NCBI GenBank assembly: GCA_002269645.1 | Contig: NIVC01001608.1 | Span: 62,001-126,000, forward strand | DNA from: Macrostomum lignano | Lineage: Eukaryota | Direction of reading: 5' to 3' | DNA length: 64,000 nucleotides | Program-made: the position numbers and the translations under genes | The notes under the pieces: model-generated | The model's database searches: none | Told to the model about the DNA's origin: nothing | The model's input: only the letters and a program-made list of their open reading frames with translations | Shown here: positions 51,101 to 60,000 of the stretch, piece by piece | Numbering within the stretch: the first letter of the stretch is position 1 | How the letters are laid out: each line of letters begins with the position of its first letter

Positions 51101-52569
51101 CAATGAGATCCGCCCCCTCCACAATGAGATCCGCCCCCTCCACAATGAGATCCGCCCCCTCCCTAATGAGATCCGCCCCCTCCCTAATGAGATCCGCTCC
51201 CTCCCCAGTGAGATCCGCTCCCTCCCCAGTGAGATCCGCTCCCTCCCCAATGAGATCCGCCCCCTCCCAATTAGACCCGCCCCCTCCCTAATGAGATCCG
51301 CTCCCCTCCCCAATGAGATCCGCCCCTCCCCAATGAGATCCGCTCCCTCCCCAGTGAGATCCGCTCCCTCCCCAGTGAGATCCGCTCCCTCCCCAGTGAG
51401 ATCCGCTCCCTCCCCAATGAGATCCGCCCCCTCCCAATTAGACCCGCCCCCTCCCTAATGAGATCCGCTCCCCTCCCCAATGAGATCCGCCCCTCCCCAA
51501 TGAGATCCGCTCCCTCCCCAGTGAGATCCGCTCCCTCCCCAGTGAGATCCGCTCCCTCCCCAGTGAGATCCGCTCCCTCCCCAATGAGATCCGCCCCCTC
51601 CCAATTAGACCCGCCCCCTCCCTAATGAGATCCGCTCCCCTCCCCAATGAGATCCGCCCCCTCCCCATGAAATCCGCTCCCCTCCCCAATGAGATCCGCC
51701 CCCTCCCAATTAGGCCCGCCCCCTCCCTAATGAGATCCACCCCCTCCACAATGAGATCCGCTCCCTCCATAATGAGATCCGCCCCCTCCACAATGAGATC
51801 CGCCCCCTCCACAATGAGATCCACCCCCTCCACAATGAGATCCGCCCCCTCCACAATGAGATCCGCCCCCTCCACAATGAGATCCGCCCCCTCCACAATG
51901 AGATCCGCCCCCTCCACAATGAGATCCGCCCCCTCCACAATGAGATCCGCCCCCTCCACAATGAGATCCGCCCCCTCCACAATGAGATCCGCCCCCTCCC
52001 TAATGAAATCCGTCCCCAATGAGATCCGCCCCTCCCTAATGAAATCCGTCCCCAGTGAGATCCGCCCCCCTCCACAATGAGATCCGCCCCCTCCCCAGTG
52101 AGATCCGCCCCCTCCACAATGAGATCCGCCCCCTCCCCAATGAGATCCGCCCCTCCCCAATGAGATCTGCCCCACGAAAGCCGCCCCAACCCATTCAACC
52201 AACTCGCAGGCCAAGCCGCTTCGCTTATTCGATCGAAGCGAGCTGAACATCTGCTGGGACTCCCTGATGCTTTTCCGCCGTCTGGCTGACCGTCTACTGA
52301 CCTCGCCTTCGCCTGCCATCGCCGTGACTGCAGGCTGTCTGCGGCGACTGTCCGATCGGCTGGCCAAGGCGGCCACTGTGGCTTCGGCCAAATCCGTCTG
52401 GCCGGACCCCACCCGCCAGCCGTCTGCCTTCAACGAGGCTTCTCAGACGGCTGCGCGACTCCGGCTGGCTAGACGGTTACTGACAGCTCTGGGGTCTGGC
52501 GATGGGGGACACTGGGATGCTGAGCTGCAGTCTCCGTATAAGGCTTATGTCCAGTGTGGCTGGGATTAA
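19592..52569 (+). CDS. THADA: THADA/TRM732 armadillo-repeat protein, 29-exon model of about 1748 aa
   Basis: Diagnostic motifs [75 protein letters not shown] and LFDRSELN. Exons: 19592-19692, 19773-19891, 20707-20767, 21190-21320, 21436-21524, 21639-21868, 21966-22031, 22977-23049, 23146-23197, 23911-24095, 24994-25225, 28543-28676, 29718-29912, 29993-30058, 30507-30627, 32089-32228, 32582-32821, 33222-33674, 33948-34193, 34410-34529, 34659-34781, 36179-36270, 39340-39432, 39548-39673, 45765-46407, 48226-48718, 49074-49178, 50280-50437, 52210-52569. The total of 5247 nt is frame-consistent. The first 3 exons and the 3' end are less certain. Confidence 0.9.
20091..20300 (+). mobile_element. 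tRNA-derived SINE fragment (family A)
   Basis: tRNA-like head with B box gttcgattcc (about 20148-20157). The body shares about 110 bp with the element at 23464-23825. Confidence 0.65.
20358..20597 (-). mobile_element. CORE-SINE (MIR-like core) with tRNA head and (TTA)n tail
   Basis: The minus strand reads ggttcgattcc (B box), then gttgtgtctttgagcaagacacttaactctgcattgcttcagttcacccagctgtaaaaatggg, which parallels the MIR core as remembered. AT-rich (tta)n tail at about 20358-20380. Confidence 0.75.
20830..21135. repeat. Purine-rich minisatellite (gggaagaaaggggatcaaa)
   Basis: Direct inspection. Confidence 0.8.
21535..21632. repeat. (TCTG)n microsatellite filling THADA intron 5
   Basis: Runs almost to the acceptor at 21638. 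Confidence 0.95.
22060..22870. repeat. 24-bp minisatellite (taatatagaccggatgctgtagtc)n
   Basis: 8-aa periodic antisense ORF; includes an internal block duplication. Confidence 0.95.
23464..23825 (-). mobile_element. tRNA-derived SINE, near full length (family A body, different head)
   Basis: The minus strand starts ggaccatagccttgtggtctagtgcgg (A box) ... ggctcgattcc (B box) and ends cagcccctgactctaataaaaaag. The core is shared with 20190-20298. Confidence 0.7.
24110..24975. repeat. Two adjacent related minisatellites (24-bp tgataatctcccatcaactcccat, then 23-bp tgacaatctcccataaaccccat)
   Basis: The unit switches at about 24480. Confidence 0.93.
25622..28445. repeat. 56-bp satellite array, about 50 copies
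   Basis: Unit cactcgagagtcaaagatcaaagttacatcacaaacacatctcactgactcactga; the period of 56 was measured at 25622/25678. Confidence 0.97.
29120..29590. repeat. 31-bp minisatellite (gagatggcaaggcttacagaggggaattact)n
   Basis: About 13 near-identical copies with degenerate edge copies. Confidence 0.95.
30880..31790. repeat. 21-bp minisatellite (ggagccctgagggttcatctt)n and a variant
   Basis: Direct inspection. Confidence 0.95.
32283..32548. repeat. (TCTG)n microsatellite in THADA intron 16
   Basis: Ends about 30 nt before the acceptor at 32581. Confidence 0.95.
32840..33145. repeat. Minisatellite of about 30 bp (ctagaatctcactaatg...gagtccagt)
   Basis: Direct inspection; variable-length units. 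Confidence 0.85.
33705..33860. repeat. 27-bp minisatellite (agttagggcgagatctcaaatcttgtc)n
   Basis: About 5 copies. Confidence 0.9.
35540..35820. repeat. CT-rich low-complexity tandem repeat
   Basis: Repeated ctctcccttccctctacctaaatctctct units. Confidence 0.8.
36770..39250. repeat. 20-bp minisatellite (ctttctaagaatcgctctag)n with an 18-bp variant, about 2.5 kb
   Basis: Direct inspection; variant patterns recur in higher-order blocks. Confidence 0.97.
43051..44337 (+). CDS. Intronless class A (rhodopsin-like) orphan/peptide-type GPCR, 428 aa, nested in THADA intron 24
   Basis: Seven hydrophobic segments. TM1 GTVGNLL, TM2 [11 protein letters not shown]1 Cys (MCR), TM3 DRL with P ([10 protein letters not shown]), TM7 NQSINW. 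GC-rich open frame. Confidence 0.88.
   Translation: MPWSPDQRSEMLQRYLNDSYLDTLLDLQVDCLVDSSSLDCATATVLGFLAGAVVPVAVAMGTVGNLLTVHVIFRRIRQRTRLHFYLACIALSDWGNLICWGLGWQVLAKGLPWLSGGRVGIIIPNMSDGMCRGFRFAHNFFHALSANWFLLMTLDRLNALYRPLKARSLSLRSAAKAATGAFVATIAMAGPVPAFWGWHRLVQGGGGRIACLPVPFYGDSVRLWTIFSTVLLLQPPSLQMLAVSVCNSLLLVRLCRLRRSSGNFFGGNADTRRHGGTRRLGRSSRRHGGARLAAAEELAPTLVVVALSVVFLMCGLPVCAVGFVVMRRTVFGDESDNDSSIGGGGVMGLRSVYNISDIGQILILVNQSINWAVLLCRDRQFRSEFLAVVTLGRCVRSADGSEQMTSWPLRERMGRRREDRLTVATALL
46440..47055. repeat. TCTG/TGTG-derived compound repeat
   Basis: gtgtctgcctgtctattt units grading into (TCTG)n. Confidence 0.9.
47690..48168. repeat. (TCTG)n blocks punctuated by gttagtgtctgcctggcag
   Basis: The spacer motif recurs about 4 times. 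Confidence 0.92.
48732..48968. repeat. 16-bp minisatellite (agcttgtgaatcttct)n
   Basis: Starts about 15 nt after the donor at 48719. Confidence 0.92.
49340..50150. repeat. 21-bp minisatellite (gagaagtagagttaagctgga)n
   Basis: Direct inspection. Confidence 0.95.
50480..52172. repeat. C-rich minisatellite of about 21 bp (aatgagatccgccccctcccc)n with higher-order duplication
   Basis: ORFs at 50935 and 51625 begin identically, so a block is duplicated about 690 bp apart. Confidence 0.95.
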
Positions 52570-52574
52570 CTGCA

Positions 52575-53190
<616 letters not shown>

Positions 53191-53713
53191 TTCAGCTGGA
53201 TCATGCGCTATCACTTTGATTGTCTTTGCTATCCTGTTCGGCCAATGTGTCAGGTTTCTTACCATTTTTCAATGCTTGATTTTTCCGGCTATTCGGTTAG
53301 TCACGAGAAGTTTCTGGCTCAGTGCATTTTGCCACATGACCAAGACTTCACGATAAAATACACGCTGTATAATGAAGTGCTTTCTCTCTGGTGTTTTGAA
53401 TTTTATGACAAATCAAACCGTTTCACTTTGCATTGGACTTTACTGGATCAGACCTGGCCCGACATAGCAAGCAGTAGGCCCATTCCGCGGCCCCCGAGCG
53501 CGCACACAAATGCGTACGCACTAGGGGTATTAGGGACGGCAATTTGTTTGGGGTACCCCTAGCCGAACCTCGTACCAATACGCGAAATACGGCGATTTTT
53601 GTGTTACTCTCATTGGAAACATTTTTGGCGCCGACGTAAGCTCAAATATGAATGAAAAATGAAAAATGGAAATGCCAGGTATAGTCAGCAATAAGTCTCT
53701 CAGTGGTAGGCCT

Positions 53714-54625
53714 CAGGGGCGTCGCCATGGATTGTTTGGTGGGGAGGACAAAGCGAAGAATTCTACATATACATGTACATTATTTTCAGAATCGGTATTG
53801 TCAGCGCTCATTTTGGCGCCGCAGGCACTCATTTTGGCTCCGCAGACACTCATTTTAGCGCCGCTGGCACTCATTTTGGCGCCGTAGGCACTCATTTTGG
53901 CGCCGTAGGCACGCATTTTGGCGCCGAAGACACTCATTTTGGCGCCGCAGGCACTCATTTTGGCGCTGCAGGCACTCATTTTGGCGCCGTAGGCACTCAT
54001 TTTGGCGCCGCAGACACTCATTTTGGCGCCGCAGGCACTCATTTTAGCGCCGCAGGCACTCATTTTGGCTCTGCAGGCACTCATTTTGGCTCCGCAGGCA
54101 CTCATTTTGGTGCCGGAGGCACTCATTTTAGCGCCGCAGACACTCATTTTAGCTCCGCAGGCACTCATTTTAGCTCCGCAGGCACTCATTTTGGCTCCGC
54201 AGGCACTCATTTTAGCGCCGCAGGCACTCATTTTGGCTCTGCAGGCACTCATTTTGGCTCCGCAGGCACTCATTTTGGTGCCGGAGGCACTCATTTTAGC
54301 GCCGCAGACACTCATTTTAGCTCCGCAGGCACTCATTTTAGCTCCGCAGGCACTCATTTTGGCGCCGCAGGCACTCATTTTAGCGCCGCAGGCACTCATT
54401 TTGGCTCTGCAGGCACTCATTTTGGCTCCGCAGACACTCATTTTGGTGCCGGAGGCACTCATTTTAGCGCCGTAGGCACTCAATTTAGCGCCGCAGCCAC
54501 CATATTATGTTGCCCTGAAGCAAAATTATTGATTTTCATAACGGGTCACAATATTGGGTGGGGGGATAGCTTTTACTAGCAGGGACGTGTCCACCCGCCC
54601 CCCTCCCCCGGTGGCAATGCCCCTG
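53714..54625. mobile_element. Non-autonomous DNA transposon/MITE with CAGGGGC termini, 11-12-bp TSD and an internal 21-bp tandem array
   Basis: Left end caggggcgtcgcca versus reverse-complemented right end caggggcattgcca (12/14 match). gtggtaggcct is duplicated at 53703-53713 and 54627-54637. (gcaggcactcattttggcgcc)n at about 53800-54490. Confidence 0.8.
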
Positions 54626-55030
54626 TGTGGTAGGCCTGATATAAAACAAGTGCTGTGTTCAAAGCTTTTAATCACACAGCTGTAAGCTGGTAAGAGTAAT
54701 TAGTTATTTTCAATTAAATTAATTAAACTAAGCTCATACTGACGGCTGATGTATTATGATTGATAAAGAATAGTTTATTTATAAATTGCTGACTTCAAGG
54801 ACTAGTCCAATTATTCCAATTATTTTGAGGATAATTTCTATTTTACAATACGTTCGCACTAAAATTCGCGTCTTTTTCAAATTTCTCTACTGTCAGTAGA
54901 GTGTATGAAATAGTTTCATTTTGTTTTGCCAGCTGAATAAATAACTGGCCCAGTTTACTGACCCAGTGCCTATTACAAATTAAATGCTTATATATCACAC
55001 CGCGACTCCCCTCAGCCAGCGCCCGATAGA

Positions 55031-55102
55031 GCCGTGATCGTATAGTGGTTAGTACTTCTCGTTGTGGCCGAGACAACCCAGGTTCGAATCCTGGTCACGG
55101 CA
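55031..55102 (+). tRNA. tRNA-His: tRNA-His (GTG)
   Basis: GCCGTGATCGTATAGTGGTTAGTACT-TCTCG-TTGTGGC-CGAGA-CAAC-CCAGG-TTCGAAT-CCTGG-TCACGGCA. 72 nt, all stems pair, canonical eukaryotic His scaffold. Confidence 0.96.
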
Positions 55103-55130
55103 GATCTCGATCGTCTGATGGGCGCTTAAA

Positions 55131-55137
55131 TTTTTTT
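55131..55137 (+). terminator. Pol III T-run terminator for tRNA-His
   Basis: T7 run 29 nt downstream of the tRNA 3' end. Confidence 0.7.
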
Positions 55138-55299
55138 AATCCAGCTGAGAGAGTTTAATAATTAAAATACTTTTTTATTTCGTTTACGCAAAATTGGAAT
55201 ATAAAATGCCGTTTCTATTATCAACAAAACTATCTGGGCCCGAAGACTCACTCCGAAAAGTTATATAATTAATCTGATGCATTGCGAGAATGGAGCTCG

Positions 55300-55390
55300 C
55301 GCTGGCGCCCCCGGTGCTGGTGCCCCCGGTGCTGGCGCCTCCGGTGCTGGCGCCCCGGTGCTGGCGCCCCCGGTGCTGGTGCCCCCGGTT
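55300..55390. repeat. GC-rich 15-bp tandem repeat (gctggcgcccccggt)
   Basis: About 6 copies. Confidence 0.8.
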
Positions 55391-56156
55391 ACAGATCATT
55401 GTTTACGCCAAAGATGGTCAAAATTAAAAGTTAAATGCAATTATTCTAGAAGCAATCTCACGAATACTTGGATCTGCGAGTTGCAATCATTAACTTTCAA
55501 AGAGAGCAGGACCCCACAAGCAGTGTCGCTTATGCAAACACCTGTGCAATGTATCTAGTCGAATGCGTTAGTGTTTGATAAGCGAAGCGGCAATACTTTT
55601 TGATCTCCTTAGCTGTCATCTCAAAGTCCCGCTGCTGCAGTATGTTGGCAGACAAGCAAGCCATAGCCTCAGCGCTGCTCCGCTCTGCTCACCTGAAAGC
55701 TTTTAACTCAAACACGCTCGTCAGACCGGAAACACGTGCCAATCCAATGCGCATAAATTCTGTGGCCTAGAAGCCCAGTCTCGAGAGCAGAGGACCAGCT
55801 CAGCCTGTCGGAGGAGGGCGCCGAGGGTTGGTCAGGATGCGACCTCAGCTGCATCTGTGACCGGGACTGACCTGACCAGGCACTGACAGCTGACCGGAAC
55901 TCTGACTCGTGATTGCATAATACTACTGTTGATAATGAAATTTACTAATCAGTTTTACTAAATAAAAAAATGTAACAAAAAATGCGCGCGTATTGAATAA
56001 CAATTCAGAAAACTATGACTTAATTTTATTCATTTTATTTTATTTCTTCAAGTTACAAATCAGTGGAGTACTTTCTAATTGGAAATTTTCAGTTAGGCCA
56101 GTTTCCGATTGAAAGTACATGTACACTGGAGAGAAAGAGCGAGAGAGTGGGGAATT

Positions 56157-56236
56157 TCATCATCACCATCATCATCATTATCATCATCTTCAGTATCATC
56201 ACCATTATCATCTTCAGTATCATCACCATGATCATC

Positions 56237-56313
<77 letters not shown>

Positions 56314-56340
56314 TATCAGCACCATGCAGCATCATCATCA
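56157..56340. repeat. (CAT)n microsatellite
   Basis: Direct inspection; source of the spurious poly-H/I/D/M ORFs. Confidence 0.95.
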
Positions 56341-57007
56341 ATTCTCGCAACATGCCCTAAGAAGCGGAATTTCCATCTCTTGATCCGATCCACAAAGCCT
56401 TCCCAGTTTTCTGCAGATTGAGTCTTATTCTCCTTCCAGGAAATTCCCAGAATCCTTCTGTACGTCTTTATCTCGAAAGCTCTCAGGAGCAGAGAAGATT
56501 TAGCGCTAAAAAACTACTGAAAACCTCCCTGATGCATTTTTGCAGCGAAATTTGCACGGTCCAGTGAGCTGTTATATAGTTCGTATTGCTACTCAGCTAG
56601 GCATACTTGACAAACACTTTGATAAGAATATGAAACATTTGATGAAAGCAAGCACTTATCATTTGGGGGGGGGGGGTAAAACAAGGAAATCAACACACAT
56701 TCACCTAAATGTGACGCTAATTGGCTCACAAAAACGAGCATCTGATGTACATGCGAGCCAACTGGCTAGCCCTTGTCGCAATGTACGGTTATAGTCAATG
56801 TACACTCTGCCTTCTAGCTTTTTATCTATTTTACGATATCTAACCTCGCTTAGCCCTCCCCGCCGCCAGCTATTCCGATTGGCCATCAGCCCTTAATTGG
56901 TTTATTATCGATAGACATCAAGTTTCTGCGCGGCCCGATCTTGCCAGTAACTGACCACTTTATTTCACATTGCAAAGCGCCTGTAACTGCTGAGTCAACA
57001 CTTGGCC

Positions 57008-60000
57008 ATGCTACTAGCTTATCCGCAGTTGCTGCTGCTGCTGCTGCAGTTGGCTCCCGGACCAGTCCGCGGGGAGTTCTGGGACTCCGAGTTCGTGAAC
57101 AAGCTGTACAGCTTCGTGCGCTACAAAGGCTACTTCGTGTCGCTGTTCCAGCACGCGACCAAGCCTGATCACTTCTTCTACACCCCGCTGGTGCTGCTGG
57201 ACAAAGAGAGCGGCCAGTCCTTCTATAATTACCTGCGCGGAGTACAGGAGGTGGACTTCACCGTGCTCATGAGCACGGATGGCCTGCGGGCGGAGGTGCT
57301 GCAGCACCTGGTAGCTGATAAACGGGTCAACTCTCCACACGTTCAGCTCATACCGATGGAGACGGTCAGGTTTACCTTTGCCAGCGCTCTACGACGGGGC
57401 AGCATGAAGCTGGACTTGGAGACCACGGCGGTGCCTAACAACCACCTGCCGAACAGCCTGCCTATCAAGTTCTATTCGTTCGGGCAGTCGGAGGCGCGAA
57501 AGTTTATGGCGGCGGTGCGAGAGCACCCGGCTATACTGGACCAGCTGGTGCTGGAGTACACCATCACTCAGCAGAGGAGCGCGGAGAAACAGGTGCGGGA
57601 GCTGGCTGATTGGCGTAGGGGTTGGGATTGAGATAAGTGGGGACAGGGGAGAAAGAGACATGAGACGGTGAGACAGAGAAAGCAGAGAGGGAGACATGAG
57701 AGAGGAAGACGGGAGAGGAGACAGGAGAGAGAGACAGGAGACGGGGGACATGAGAGAGGGAGACCGGAGAGGGAGACAGGAGAGAGGAGACAGGAGAGAG
57801 GGAGACAAGAGGGAGACAGGAGGGGGACAGGAGAGAGGAGACAGGAGAGAGGGAGACAAGAGGGAGACAGGAGGGGGACAGGAGAGAGGAGGCAGGAGAG
57901 AGGAGACAGGAGAGAGGGAGAAATGAGAGAGGAAAACAGGAGAGGGAGACAGGAGAGAGGGAGACAAGAGAAAGACAGGAGAGAGGAAGACGGGAGAGAG
58001 GGAGACAGGAGAGAGGAAGACGGGAGAGAGGGAGACGGGAGAGAGGGAGACAGGAGAGAGGGAGACAGGAGAGAGGGAGACAGGAGAGAGGGAGGCAGGA
58101 GAGAGGGAGACAGGAGAGAGGGAGAAATGAGAGAGGAAAACAGGAGAGGGAGACAGGAGAGAGGGAGACAAGAGGGAGACAGGAGAGAGGAAGACGGGAG
58201 AGAGGGAGACAGGAGAGAGGGAGACAGGAGAGAGGGAGGCAGGAGAGAGGGAGACAGGAGAGAGGGAGACAGGAGAGAGGGAGACAGGAGAGAGGGAGAC
58301 AGGAGAGAGGGAGAAATGAGAGAGGGAGACAGGAGAGAGGGAGACAGGAGAGAGGGAGACAGGAGAGAGGGAGACAGGAGAGAGGGAGACAGGAGAGAGG
58401 GAGACAGGAGAAAGGGAGACAGGAGAGAGGGAGACAGGAGAGAGGGAGGCAGGAGAGAGGGAGACAAAATGGAGCACCACTGCACACAAAGTGCCGCCGT
58501 CCCCCAGGTGGAGATCAAGGCGGAGTACATCGCCAGCACGGCCCTGTTCGCCAAGCTGACCACCATGACGGCCCCCGGCACAGTCCGCTACCTGACTGCC
58601 CACGACGCCAACGCGATCGCCAGCCAGAGCTACTCCAGCATCCGGGCCCGAGTGGTCCGCAGTCAGGAGTACATCGAAGGCCCGGACGAGGTCCGCCTAA
58701 CCGAGCTCATCCAGCAGCTGCTCACCAGAAATGCCGCCACCTGGTCGCAGCTGAACGAAGCCGCCAGACAGTCGGTGTTCTGGGACCCGACGTTCGCGCG
58801 ACCGGACGAGGTCAGCCACCTGTTGAACCGGGTCTACGAGCGCGAGTCCGGCACGGACAGGCGGCTGAAGGTCAGCGAAGATCAGCGCCAGCTGCTGGAG
58901 ACCCAGTCGGCTCAGTCCACCGCCTGCTACATATTCAAGTGCGAGGGCGACAGCTCCGAGTCCAGCCGGAGGCTCGACACCAGACAGAGGCTGACCGAGG
59001 AGGAGATGAAGCAGTTTCTCAACGAGAGGCAGCTGGAAGTTGAGTACACTGGCCGGCTGTTTGTAGTGAAAAACATGAAGCTGTTCAGAGTCAACACGGC
59101 CGAGTTTCAGTCCGGACAGACCATCGCCACCTCGTCTGTGCAGGTGCGCGATTCCCGCCGGCTTGGGGATTGGGTTGCTGGAAACGGGATCTAGGGGGTG
59201 GGATACCTCTGGGATGGGATATCTCTGGGATGGGATATCTCTGGCATGGGATATCTCTGGGATGGGATACCTCTGGGATGGGATACCTCTGGGATGGGAT
59301 ATCTCTGGAATGGGATATCTCTGGGATGGGATATCTCTGGGATGTGATGTCTATGGAATGGGATATCTTTGGGATGGGATATCTCTGGGATGGGATATCT
59401 CTGGGATGAGATACCTCTGGGATGGGATACCTCTGGGATGGGATATCTATCAGATGGGATATCTATGGGATGGGATATCTGAGGTGTATGGGATAACCAT
59501 CAGATGGGATATCTGAAGGGTATGGGATAACCATCAGATGGGATATCTAAGGGGCTGAGTTACTAATTGGATGAGATAATATGAGATACCATGAGATACC
59601 AGGCGGGTGGGGTCTAAAGCAATAGAAAACTCGGGAGTAGCGAATTCGCAGGATATCAGTTATCTAAGATCAAGACGCAACACAATGTTCACTCCGCAGG
59701 TGACCAAGAAGCAGGAGCTGCACACCTTGAAGCTGAAGACGGATCCCGAGCTGCCCGGTGACAGCACGGCGGTCAGCCGAGCTGCCTGCCCCAGCGCGCC
59801 CTACACCTACAAGGGCTGCTACGAGGACAGCGCCACCGCGCCTGATCTGAACGGATTCAACTATCAGTCCGCTGACATGAAGGTTTGCTGGGGAGTGAGC
59901 GTTCTGTTGTGGGAGTGGCTGGCAACCAATTCTTAACCATGGCAACCCATTCTCAGCCATAACAACCAATTCTCAGCCATAGCAACCAATTCTGCGCCAT

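Noticed and set aside
53521-53562. 9-bp hairpin ctaggggta/tacccctag
   Set aside because: The stem is short, the loop is 24 nt, and there is no supporting Helitron or ncRNA context.
53196-53562. Extra THADA 3' exon after the TCTG array (acceptor ttttcag at about 53195)
   Set aside because: Only weak donors exist upstream and no recognisable homology; the in-frame stop at 52567-52569 is the simpler model, though this is unresolved without transcripts.
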